The translations under genes were made by a program, and so were the position numbers. From positions 11,899 to 75,898 of the IMG/VR virus record IMGVR_UViG_3300048686_000449: a stretch of DNA of 64,000 bases, one strand, 5' to 3'. This stretch comes from a virus. The notes below the pieces were generated by a model. It saw only the letters and a list, made by a program, of their open reading frames with translations, searched no databases and was not told where the DNA came from. Of the stretch, positions 16,950 to 25,371 are shown piece after piece. Numbering within the stretch: position 1 is the first letter of the stretch; every line of letters starts with the position of its first letter.

Positions 16950-17128
16950 TATAAAATCCTTTTAACATAGTTACTAATCATCATTAATTGACTTGACAGA
17001 ATCTCTTCTTCAGCCTTTCTCTTTTTATATTTCGCAAACGCATATATCGCACACCATCCTATTGCAATTATCGCGATTGAGATATAATATGTAACAGAAG
17101 AAATATGTAACAGTTCAAATAACGTCAT
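16949..17128 (-). CDS. small membrane protein (59 aa)
   Basis: Hand-translated. TM helix then a basic tail. Immediately after a promoter. Confidence 0.45.
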   Translation of the reverse strand: MTLFELLHISSVTYYISIAIIAIGWCAIYAFAKYKKRKAEEEILSSQLMMISNYVKRIL

Positions 17129-17134
17129 AATTGT

Positions 17135-17163
17135 ATTTTACTCTATCATGAGATAGAAGTCAA
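17135..17163 (-). promoter_or_regulatory. sigma70-type early promoter
   Basis: TTGACT-17nt-TAAAAT. Confidence 0.65.
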
Positions 17164-17709
17164 ATTTTTTATCACATACCAATCGGGAACCGAACGATTT
17201 TTCCAATGGGCCAGATGTTGCTTCTTTTCACGATAATAAGTTCGATAGGCTTCCACAGCATCAGAATGTTTACACTCATCAGGCATTGCTTGCGCTGGTT
17301 CAGTCCATCCTTGCGATGGGAAATATGCAGGAGGAACCCACAACATAGAGATCAAACCATCTCGTTCACACTTATGCGTTTTTCCATAACGATAAGAATA
17401 CTCTTTTGCGAGCGCATTCGTGAGACTCCACAACCACGTATAATTTTCAATCGAATTGCGACACCACACTGCACAGGGATGATTGATGTGGGTGGCATGG
17501 TATAGCATTGAATCATACGTCTGTTCTGAGAGCATATATCGTGTAACACGTCGATTCGTCTTGGTGCGATCTTCAAAGGGAGTCCCATCATTGACTCGAT
17601 GCGCTGTAGACAACAATTGACACGATTCGAGCACCATTTTGATTACATGAGAATTATTGTGATACCGAGCGCATGTCACAGTGTTGCGATCTAAGTGAAA
17701 GATGTTCAT
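17146..17709 (-). CDS. pyrimidine-dimer DNA glycosylase (DenV-like) family protein
   Basis: MNIF.LD...A..H...HV.KM.LES.QLL, TH.NHPC..W, EY..RYGK.H and QAMPD. Confidence 0.75.
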   Translation of the reverse strand: MNIFHLDRNTVTCARYHNNSHVIKMVLESCQLLSTAHRVNDGTPFEDRTKTNRRVTRYMLSEQTYDSMLYHATHINHPCAVWCRNSIENYTWLWSLTNALAKEYSYRYGKTHKCERDGLISMLWVPPAYFPSQGWTEPAQAMPDECKHSDAVEAYRTYYREKKQHLAHWKNRSVPDWYVIKNLTSIS

Positions 17710-18308
17710 AACAATAGCTCCGTCAACATATCCTCGCTACCGAGTGTCCCCTTGACGATGGCATTAAATGCTAAACTGATACGTTCGCCGTCATTCAGTT
17801 TCGTTTCAACCTGATGAAACAGATACGAGGGGAATACAATAATCTCATTCGTGGCTGGCTTGAAGGAACATTTCTCAGCATTATGATTATTATTGATTGC
17901 GGGTGGAATAGCAAATAATTTCCGTTCAGGTTGTATAAAGGTAATAGAATCCTGTTCAGTTTCAATATAGAATACACCCGAGAGCAGACTATTCGGATGA
18001 TTATGCGAATGATGCATCTCACCTTTTCGTGTGATATTCGTCCAGGATTGTGTCAGTGAGATAATAAGTTCATGTTTCGGTTGTAGGACTGAATCCACAT
18101 AGGATTGTAATGTTTCAACACAAAACGATTTAATCGCAGCCAACTCAGGGCAATCAAGAACATGCGTATTCACGCTTCGTTGATTTCCAACATTCCGTGT
18201 CATTTTCAATTCGCGAATAAAGGTTAACTCAGAGTTAGTGATTCCTTGCGCATAATATGAAAAGAGTACAGGAGTCGGAAACAATTCAATCACATGTGTT
18301 AACTGCAT
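17706..18308 (-). CDS. 2OG-Fe(II) oxygenase (TIGR02466-like)
   Basis: LFPTP, SW.N, HHSHNHPNSLLSGVFY, FPSYLFHQV and RISLAFN. Confidence 0.88.
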   Translation of the reverse strand: MQLTHVIELFPTPVLFSYYAQGITNSELTFIRELKMTRNVGNQRSVNTHVLDCPELAAIKSFCVETLQSYVDSVLQPKHELIISLTQSWTNITRKGEMHHSHNHPNSLLSGVFYIETEQDSITFIQPERKLFAIPPAINNNHNAEKCSFKPATNEIIVFPSYLFHQVETKLNDGERISLAFNAIVKGTLGSEDMLTELLL

Positions 18309-18328
18309 CGTCAACCTCACAGAGGAAA

Positions 18329-18353
18329 CGGTGGGGGATTTGGTCCCCCACCG
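18329..18353 (-). terminator. GC-rich hairpin, probable intrinsic terminator
   Basis: CGGTGGGGGA-ccaaa-TCCCCCACCG followed by TTT. Confidence 0.55.
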
Positions 18354-18360
18354 AGATTAG

Positions 18361-18570
18361 TTACTTCGTGGCGGGTGCAGCAGGAGCGGAAGGAACAGCG
18401 GGAGCGGATGTCGGAGCAGGACTAGTAGGAGCCGCAGCAGCTGCTTCAGGAGAGACAGTCGTTGCAGCAGGAGCTTGCGTCACTGGAGCTGGTGTAGCAG
18501 CTTCCTCTTTCTTTCCACAAGCTGACAATCCAAGAATACACAACGCAACAATCATAAAACGAAACTTCAT
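18361..18570 (-). CDS. Ala/Pro-rich lipoprotein
   Basis: MKFRFMIVALCILGLSAC lipobox. AGGAGG SD. Low-complexity APA tail. Confidence 0.75.
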   Translation of the reverse strand: MKFRFMIVALCILGLSACGKKEEAATPAPVTQAPAATTVSPEAAAAAPTSPAPTSAPAVPSAPAAPATK

Positions 18571-18593
18571 AAAACCTCCTAAAAAGTAAATAG

Positions 18594-18668
18594 TGGAGCT
18601 GACGATAGGACTTGAACCTACAACCTGAGCTTTACAAAAGCCCCGCTCCGCCATTGAGCTACGTCAGC
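18594..18668 (-). tRNA. trnT: tRNA-Thr(TGT)
   Basis: Cloverleaf GCTGACG/CGTCAGC, anticodon TGT, CCA end. Confidence 0.92.
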
Positions 18669-18682
18669 GTTGTTTCATAGTA

Positions 18683-18711
18683 ACTATAACGCAGCGGAGA
18701 ACAAAAGTCAA
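18683..18711 (-). promoter_or_regulatory. sigma70-type promoter for tRNA-Thr and the lipoprotein
   Basis: TTGACT-17nt-TATAGT. Confidence 0.65.
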
Positions 18712-18715
18712 ATTT

Positions 18716-19324
18716 TTATGTCCACAGAGAACTGCGCAAGTCCATGAGCTTTTTCAACTGATCGTTGTCTTCTTGATAATACTGTTCTTCTAAAAGATTC
18801 GCAGCGTCCGATTGCTTAGTCCAGAGAGCAAGTTGTCGTTTCTCTTCATCTGTCAAAGGTTCATTATTTCCCCACCACGCCCAATCAAATTTCACATCAA
18901 TCTTACTATAGGGATCAACTCGCTTAGGTCGCATAATCGTCCACCACCAGTACAGATCATAAATCTGTTTCGCTGTTGTTGCTTGTGGTGTTGGTTTGCC
19001 ATTATCATCTCTCAGATCGCTTTCCCACTGAAGGTACTTCGTGCCGTGCCGCCGTGATCGTAGAGTTCCTCCGCATATCAAATACAGACGTTGAATCAAT
19101 GGCAACTCATTCCATTCATCCGAGGAGAATACGATGTTCATCCAGGCGCATTCTTTCTCCACATAATTCACCAAAATCTGGAAATTGGCATGGAGAATCT
19201 GCTCATCTGAATCGTGCCATCCACCCCGCAGCGTCTCAATCGTCATTCGAAGCGGAAAAAGTTTCTGAAACATTCTTCGCAGACTCCGACATTTTTGACG
19301 CATCATTCTATAAATCAATCCCAT
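18716..19324 (-). CDS. hypothetical phage protein
   Basis: Trp-rich ORF. Ending LMDLRSSLWT is typical of phage proteins. Confidence 0.6.
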   Translation of the reverse strand: MGLIYRMMRQKCRSLRRMFQKLFPLRMTIETLRGGWHDSDEQILHANFQILVNYVEKECAWMNIVFSSDEWNELPLIQRLYLICGGTLRSRRHGTKYLQWESDLRDDNGKPTPQATTAKQIYDLYWWWTIMRPKRVDPYSKIDVKFDWAWWGNNEPLTDEEKRQLALWTKQSDAANLLEEQYYQEDNDQLKKLMDLRSSLWT

Positions 19325-19344
19325 TATCTATCCTTTTCCTGTTC

Positions 19345-19851
19345 TTATTCTTGTTCTTGTTCTTTGACAAATTTTTTATACGCACAAAGCAATGGGCCTT
19401 GTGTTGCGTAGGCATCTTTTTCCCATGGCAAATCCCTATAGGCATACTGTGTCACATCAATTATCTTCCTACGCCATCGAGTCAAATCACTATTGGCCGC
19501 GTAATCGAACAACTGATTAGTCACAAATTGTTTCACATGGGTCAATTCGTGGGCTAACGTCACCATTCTTTGGTTTTTTGTCTGACGAGTTGAGATTCGT
19601 ATCAAAAACTGACGTGGTCCGATATTATCATCCAACCACTCACAATCCCCAACATAATTTCCGAGATGTGGAACAAACCGAACAGTCAAATCAATATTTT
19701 TGACTAGTCGAGTTCCCACGAGTGCAGTAAGCATCCATTCGATTGCATGACGAAACTGTTTTCGATCAGTCTTTCCGATACCTGTGATACTGAGTCGAAG
19801 CAGTGATGTCGGAGTCGCTCCACCATCGAATAATAATCGACGTTTTGGCAT
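19345..19851 (-). CDS. zincin-like metallopeptidase domain protein
   Basis: TLAHELTHVKQ...PWEKDAY. Confidence 0.75.
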   Translation of the reverse strand: MPKRRLLFDGGATPTSLLRLSITGIGKTDRKQFRHAIEWMLTALVGTRLVKNIDLTVRFVPHLGNYVGDCEWLDDNIGPRQFLIRISTRQTKNQRMVTLAHELTHVKQFVTNQLFDYAANSDLTRWRRKIIDVTQYAYRDLPWEKDAYATQGPLLCAYKKFVKEQEQE

Positions 19852-19877
19852 AGAAACTCCTTTCTCAGATTCCTTTC

Positions 19878-20180
19878 TTATTTATTGAGAAGTTTTTTAG
19901 CTTTTCGAACGGAAAGAATCAACGCATTATACATGATATTCCGAACAACTGTCTGAAATTGTTTCACAATACGCGGTTGATCAAGAAACAGTTTCTTTAT
20001 CGCCTTTGGAATGCGCAAGAAATCATACTGAAACGACAGATTATTACCCCTAAAGGTGATCGAATGAATCTTAAAGGAAACACCTTCAAATTTTCCACTC
20101 GTGAGGCGCACAGACATTGTATTCGCTTTACCTTTTCTCGCAGAATAGGTGGGAATGACTCTCAATCGTGACGCACTCAT
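19878..20180 (-). CDS. hypothetical basic protein
   Basis: ORF with GGAGG SD. Confidence 0.55.
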   Translation of the reverse strand: MSASRLRVIPTYSARKGKANTMSVRLTSGKFEGVSFKIHSITFRGNNLSFQYDFLRIPKAIKKLFLDQPRIVKQFQTVVRNIMYNALILSVRKAKKLLNK

Positions 20181-20476
20181 TTCAGACCTCCATCACGTTG
20201 AACATCATACCACACTTGCCCACCCGCCGAAGTAATGAGCTTCACGGAATCCCAACAAAATGAACGCCATTCGTCTAGAGTCACATCAAAAATAGGACAC
20301 GCGGCTCCCACTGCGTTTGATTCTGATTCTTCCTTAATTGAGATGGGAAGTTTATGAAACGGAATGCGAGAAGGATCTTGTGTGCCCGTAATCGTGCGCT
20401 CCGTGCCATCTTTCTTCGTAAACGTGACAGTCAACACCCCTGTCCACAGTTGCCCCTTCACTTCTGATCGCGTCAT
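20177..20476 (-). CDS. SH3/WYL_2-like beta-barrel protein
   Basis: VTFTKKDGTERT..GT and FD...EWRSF.WD. Confidence 0.75.
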   Translation of the reverse strand: MTRSEVKGQLWTGVLTVTFTKKDGTERTITGTQDPSRIPFHKLPISIKEESESNAVGAACPIFDVTLDEWRSFCWDSVKLITSAGGQVWYDVQRDGGLK

Positions 20477-20480
20477 AATC

Positions 20481-20990
20481 TTACTCCTCCTCAGGTTGTT
20501 CCTTCGGCATGATACCAAACCACATTTTAATCCGAGTCCACAACGGAATCTGCTTATGCTCTTCCTTCATGCGACTCATAATCAATTCACGCATAATATC
20601 TTCACCTTCACGTTCAACACCCTTGATGAAGGACTGCGCTTTCTTGACATCCCGCACAATGAATCCAAACATCTGCGTTTGTTTCCGAAGCATATGCGCG
20701 TATTCTTTAGGATCAGAAAAATGCGCACGAAACGTTTCAAAAAGTTCTACATCTTCGTTGCGAATAGAGTACAGAGACACATGGCAGGGAATGCGCTCAT
20801 CTTCTCTATGTACCACTCGTTTTCCCGATAAACAAAAATATTCAAAATACATTTGCGAATGTGTGGGATAGAAAATGACTCCATCATACATCTGTGGGGT
20901 CAGTTCTTCCTCATTATTCGCAGCGACTGTCACGGTCATGTCCTTCTTTCGTTTGGGCATGAATCTGTCCCTTTTCTTTGTGACGGGCAT
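20481..20990 (-). CDS. hypothetical protein
   Basis: 169-aa ORF. Confidence 0.55.
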   Translation of the reverse strand: MPVTKKRDRFMPKRKKDMTVTVAANNEEELTPQMYDGVIFYPTHSQMYFEYFCLSGKRVVHREDERIPCHVSLYSIRNEDVELFETFRAHFSDPKEYAHMLRKQTQMFGFIVRDVKKAQSFIKGVEREGEDIMRELIMSRMKEEHKQIPLWTRIKMWFGIMPKEQPEEE

Positions 20991-21162
20991 AAAGTTTTTT
21001 AGATGTCACAATTCGTTGATGAAATTGACGTTCTCGCAAAGAGGCTGCAACTGGATTTTTCTTTGTAAGAATTTTACTCATCGTCATCATCCAATCGACT
21101 CAGTATTAATCCCGTGGTTATCAAAATCATAATAAAGAATGTGGGAATAAGTGCCCGCAGTG

Positions 21163-21597
21163 TCATGATACAACTATCATACTATCTGTAAGGCGAGAAG
21201 TCAAATTTTTTAGATGACTACGATGGACTTTACAAGAAGTCCATTGATTATAATAGTTGGATGAGAGTAAAGCATGGGAGGCAAAAATCTCATAGTTCTC
21301 CCAATAGGTGCATTCTCCTCGCGAAGTGCAGAGATGCAGAATTTCTTTGGTGAAATGATCTTCTCCGAGTTGTTGAATATCTGATAAGAGTTGATCGTTA
21401 GACCCCCAGTAGGTCTGCCAATCAGATTGAACGCGAAGTTTTTTATTACGTTTTTTACGACGAAGCGTTTTGGCTTTGGTGAAGAATTTACGACCTATAT
21501 AGTGTTTATTCGTCAGAGTATTAGTGATGCGATATACATATCCATACGAATCTCCTATCATGTCTTCTGTGAAGGGATTTCCCTTATAAATCCACAT
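21163..21597 (-). CDS. GIY-YIG nuclease (conserved T4-like type)
   Basis: GYVYRITN...YIGRK, W..YWGS, F.KEILHLC and YYN.W. Confidence 0.8.
   Translation of the reverse strand: MWIYKGNPFTEDMIGDSYGYVYRITNTLTNKHYIGRKFFTKAKTLRRKKRNKKLRVQSDWQTYWGSNDQLLSDIQQLGEDHFTKEILHLCTSRGECTYWENYEIFASHALLSSNYYNQWTSCKVHRSHLKNLTSRLTDSMIVVS
21176..21204 (-). promoter_or_regulatory. sigma70-type early promoter
   Basis: TTGACT-17nt-TATGAT with an upstream A-tract. Confidence 0.65.
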
Positions 21598-21650
21598 TAG
21601 AAATCCTCAAATAACTAATATGATAAAGGTGATGTCTCCTGTTTCTATTT

Positions 21651-21827
21651 TTATAACTCCACGTCATCGTCATCTACGAATCCTCTCAAACTTGGAGGGT
21701 CGTCACGATGTTCCGCTGTGTATTCTCCACAAAAAACGCAATAATCAGGCGTCTCCTCAATTACCTGATCATCATAGAGAATTTTAAATTGGCTTTCGCA
21801 GTGTTCACAGGTTACTAGATGTGTCAT
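21651..21827 (-). CDS. small zinc-ribbon acidic protein (58 aa)
   Basis: Hand-translated CEHC...YCVFCGE with an acidic tail. Confidence 0.6.
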   Translation of the reverse strand: MTHLVTCEHCESQFKILYDDQVIEETPDYCVFCGEYTAEHRDDPPSLRGFVDDDDVEL

Positions 21828-21829
21828 AG

Positions 21830-22258
21830 TTATTTTAGATGCGACTTGAGCATCCAGGCAAACTTGTCATGCTTGTCGATACGATCTTCCAAGAAATTAA
21901 TGATCCCCGCTTCACTGACTGCATCTGCTTCCCCACGAGCCCGATACAAACTGGCTCGAACCAGATCGTTGGCAACGATCAATCTTGTAATCATCTCACG
22001 AGTTTCATAGACACTCGTATCTTCCGAAATCTCACAATTCGTCATCAGACTAGTGAGCGATACTGGTGCATAGACACCCAACGCACGAATATGTTCAGCG
22101 ATTGGATCCACCGCAGCATGAAGATCTTCATAGAGTGTGCCAAAGAACTCATGAAGTGACGCGAATAACATGCCCTCCACATTCCAGTGAGCGGCATGTG
22201 CCTTATAATAAAACATGAATGTGTTTGATAAAACTTTCTTCATTTCATCAGCTAACAT
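21830..22258 (-). CDS. dps: Dps-like ferritin family protein
   Basis: KAH.AHWNVEG..F..LH..F..LYE, D.IAEHIRALG and HDKFAWML. Confidence 0.9.
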   Translation of the reverse strand: MLADEMKKVLSNTFMFYYKAHAAHWNVEGMLFASLHEFFGTLYEDLHAAVDPIAEHIRALGVYAPVSLTSLMTNCEISEDTSVYETREMITRLIVANDLVRASLYRARGEADAVSEAGIINFLEDRIDKHDKFAWMLKSHLK

Positions 22259-22261
22259 AAC

Positions 22262-22753
22262 TTACCTCTTCGGTTGAAAAATTTCAGCCCCGTCCCAATT
22301 GATTATCGCACCTTTGGGTCGTTTTTCAGGACTCGTCGCGCCGTTCTTGTATAACTCGTAGTATAACACCAGATCTTTACAGCTACCTTCATTAGCTTTC
22401 CCGCTTACATCTATGTATATGAGATCTGGAGCACCATCTTGGGGCTCAAAATCAATCTCATAGAGAATGCCGACGCCATGCACGACTTCAATATCATCGG
22501 GATCTCTCTGCTCTATAATGCCATAAGAGGGCGAATAGAGCGCAAGATCGGGACGGCCATCGCCATTAATATCATACAGTTCAGAGAACAAGCCATTTTG
22601 TGACAATCGTGTATCGATAATCTCTGGTTCTCCATGAGGATGCAGCGGCTGAAAAATGGAACACCGCAAGATATCTTTGGAGATATGGGCTTCTGGAGAT
22701 TGACCAGGAATCATCAAACAAGACAACAGAATGAGCGTTTGAAGCAGTTTCAT
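22262..22753 (-). CDS. secreted hypothetical protein with DxNGDG Ca-binding-like motifs
   Basis: Signal peptide. YDINGDGRPDL and DGAPDLIYID. Confidence 0.55.
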   Translation of the reverse strand: MKLLQTLILLSCLMIPGQSPEAHISKDILRCSIFQPLHPHGEPEIIDTRLSQNGLFSELYDINGDGRPDLALYSPSYGIIEQRDPDDIEVVHGVGILYEIDFEPQDGAPDLIYIDVSGKANEGSCKDLVLYYELYKNGATSPEKRPKGAIINWDGAEIFQPKR

Positions 22754-22794
22754 GGTACTCCTAGATGATAGGATGATACCACTATTTATGGTTT

Positions 22795-23784
22795 CTAGTT
22801 TGCCGCACCCCAAACCTCATCCCACGATCCGCTCAACGCACCTTTGGCATAGTCACTGCTGCGATTTTCGAAAAAATTAGTGTGTCCAGGTGCATTAATA
22901 AGTCCTTCCACCCAAGGCAAAGGATTCTTTTTGACCTTGAAAATCCCCTTCATACCCATAGAAATCAAGCGACGATCCGCGATATACCGAATGTATTGCT
23001 TGACTTCATCAGCTGTCAATTCAGGCATCGGACCCATTTTATACGCCAAATCAATAAACTGATCTTCCAATTCCACCATCTTTTCTGCAATGGTATAGAT
23101 ACCTGACTTCAGCTTATCATCCCAAATTTCTGGGTGTTCTTCAATAAACGTGCGGAACAGCTTGATCATACTTTCGCAATGTGCGCTCTCGTCACTTATC
23201 GACCAAGAAATAATCTGCCCCATCCCCTTCATCAATCCGTGCCGAGGAAAATTGAGCAACATAATAAACGAAGAGAATAACTGTAGTCCTTCCGTGAACG
23301 CTGAGAACGCTGCAATCTGAAGCGCAGTAGAATCTTTAGAGACCGCGCGATCACTAATCTTCAACAAATAATCGTGCTTGTTCTTCATCTCCTGATATTC
23401 AAGAAATTCATTATAGGTGGACTCGGGCATTCCGAGCGTTTCAATTAAGTGCGAATAGGCTGCGATATGAACCGCTTCGCGTGAGCTGAATCCCAGCAAC
23501 ATCATTCGCACTTCAGGCGACTTGAAATAAGGAAGATAGTGTTTCACATAGCCAGACGCAACGTCTATATCTCCCTGAGTGAAGAATCTGAAAATATTTG
23601 TCAAAAAATACTTTTGTTCTGGAGTAAGTTTCGTTTTCCAATCTTTGACATCTTCAATCATAACCACTTCAGTGTGAATCCAATGAGATTTTTCATGCGC
23701 TAACCATGCGTCATACGCCCAATTAAAACTGAACGGTTTAAAAGCAGTTCTCTCATCCGTTAATAATAATTTCTTTTTAGACAT
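22795..23784 (-). CDS. nrdB: ribonucleotide reductase class Ia beta subunit
   Basis: FFTQGD, REAVHIAAY, EGLQLFSSF, DESAH and NFFE. Confidence 0.95.
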   Translation of the reverse strand: MSKKKLLLTDERTAFKPFSFNWAYDAWLAHEKSHWIHTEVVMIEDVKDWKTKLTPEQKYFLTNIFRFFTQGDIDVASGYVKHYLPYFKSPEVRMMLLGFSSREAVHIAAYSHLIETLGMPESTYNEFLEYQEMKNKHDYLLKISDRAVSKDSTALQIAAFSAFTEGLQLFSSFIMLLNFPRHGLMKGMGQIISWSISDESAHCESMIKLFRTFIEEHPEIWDDKLKSGIYTIAEKMVELEDQFIDLAYKMGPMPELTADEVKQYIRYIADRRLISMGMKGIFKVKKNPLPWVEGLINAPGHTNFFENRSSDYAKGALSGSWDEVWGAAN

Positions 23785-24041
23785 TATCTATTCTCCGTAT
23801 CCAGCCACTTCGCCGCAGCAAGTTCATAAATTTTGTTGAATGCTCGTTCAATCGCGGTAAACTGTTCGGGCGTAAAATCCATATCCTTTTTCAGAAAATG
23901 TAGATCCATCAGTTCTTCCTCATAATCTTCGTGTGAGAGCACCTCATACTGAAGTTTTGTTTCGAGTTGAATCAACCGCTTGATGAGTTTAGACGTTCTA
24001 CAAGGCGGATCTTGATGTAGTATATAGATAATCGCATCCAT
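23784..24041 (-). CDS. hypothetical protein
   Basis: GAGG SD. Stop abuts the nrdB start. Confidence 0.5.
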   Translation of the reverse strand: MDAIIYILHQDPPCRTSKLIKRLIQLETKLQYEVLSHEDYEEELMDLHFLKKDMDFTPEQFTAIERAFNKIYELAAAKWLDTENR

Positions 24042-24065
24042 AATAAGTCCTCGAAGAGTAAATAA

Positions 24066-25283
24066 TTAGAAAAACCATTGCGCTTGTAAACGAATTAATT
24101 CACTAGAAAATGCTGTTTGAGGATCAGTATTTGTAATAGCTACTCCAGGTTGTGTTTGAAAGGTATTTAATCCATCTTTATGCATATATTCTATCACAAA
24201 TCTCCAAGATGTTGGTTCCCATACAATACCAAGATTAAATGTTTTCGTTGTTCCATCCATGCCATTGATGGACTTTATTCCACCACTATATTCTCCATAT
24301 CGTGTGTATACAGTTACGCTTCCTTCTGATGAATAGACCCATTTGTAATATGGTTGAGCATAAAATCCTCGTAATGAATCGCTGTGTAGGTATCCTTGTT
24401 CGTCTCGTTTTGGTCCTCTTCCAATGCTGTATTCGGCTAAAATTCCCCATGGTTGGGCTGGGGTCCATACATATATAGTTGCTCGTTCATCAATTGTTTC
24501 GCATCCTTTAGATCCTTGATCGCTACCGTATACTGATTTTTCAGCTCCACAACGAAATGCATTTGAATAAGGAACTACAAATTTTCCTGTGTATGCATGT
24601 ATACCAGTTTCTATAAATCTTCCTGTTGGCAGTTCAAATGGATGACCTACTCTTATTCCAAGATGTTTATTAGCATTTAATTCAGGTTTATTTCTTCCCT
24701 GTCCATTATACAGAATAATTCCAAAGTTTCCATAATCACCAGGACCATTATAATATCTTTTTAAAATTTCATATCGTTGTTGCGCGATTTCTGATGTCCA
24801 CATATAAGAGACACCGAGATCTCGTTCACCTACAGCACCGCTTTGAACAGATTCATGACGATCTAATTCTTGACGTTGACTACTTGAACGATATGTGTCG
24901 AATGAGTTTGCAACACGTTGAATACCAAATCGTATTCGATTTCTTTTATCAGTCGTGAGATGAAAATCGCCATATGCATCAACTACATCAACTGAATTTC
25001 CAGTGTTATATCCATCACCTTCAAATGCTGGCTGAAGATAAAAAGATAATCGATCAGAGACATCACCAGAAATCGGAAGACGAATGCGACGAATATACAA
25101 TGACTGTGGCGACTTTGTGGCCTGTTTATCCCCTAATGGAATATCCATCATGGGATCTGAACTCATCGCATATCGTGTTTGTACATATCCATTAATAGTG
25201 AGATGTTCATACCAAGGTTCAGCAGAATATGATACTGTGGGAAACAATACTAGTAATAATAAAACAGATAAAAATAAATTCAT
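24066..25283 (-). CDS. outer-membrane porin, OprO/OprP (phosphate-selective) family-like
   Basis: Signal peptide. Motifs GYVQTRY, IRRIRL..SG, DAY.D, GERDLG and YNGQG.N. C-terminal beta-signal RLQAQWFF. Confidence 0.8.
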   Translation of the reverse strand: MNLFLSVLLLLVLFPTVSYSAEPWYEHLTINGYVQTRYAMSSDPMMDIPLGDKQATKSPQSLYIRRIRLPISGDVSDRLSFYLQPAFEGDGYNTGNSVDVVDAYGDFHLTTDKRNRIRFGIQRVANSFDTYRSSSQRQELDRHESVQSGAVGERDLGVSYMWTSEIAQQRYEILKRYYNGPGDYGNFGIILYNGQGRNKPELNANKHLGIRVGHPFELPTGRFIETGIHAYTGKFVVPYSNAFRCGAEKSVYGSDQGSKGCETIDERATIYVWTPAQPWGILAEYSIGRGPKRDEQGYLHSDSLRGFYAQPYYKWVYSSEGSVTVYTRYGEYSGGIKSINGMDGTTKTFNLGIVWEPTSWRFVIEYMHKDGLNTFQTQPGVAITNTDPQTAFSSELIRLQAQWFF

Positions 25284-25371
25284 ATTCAGTATACCTCTAA
25301 TTAATAAATCTAGAAGTATTTACTGAATATAAGTTACTAAACAGTTATCTCTATATTACGAATATGTAAAT

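Noticed and set aside
25284-25371. Pho box upstream of the porin (TTTACAT-attc-GTAATAT)
   Set aside because: Only a weak 11-bp-spaced match in very AT-rich DNA, so it is not supportable without a host-specific matrix.
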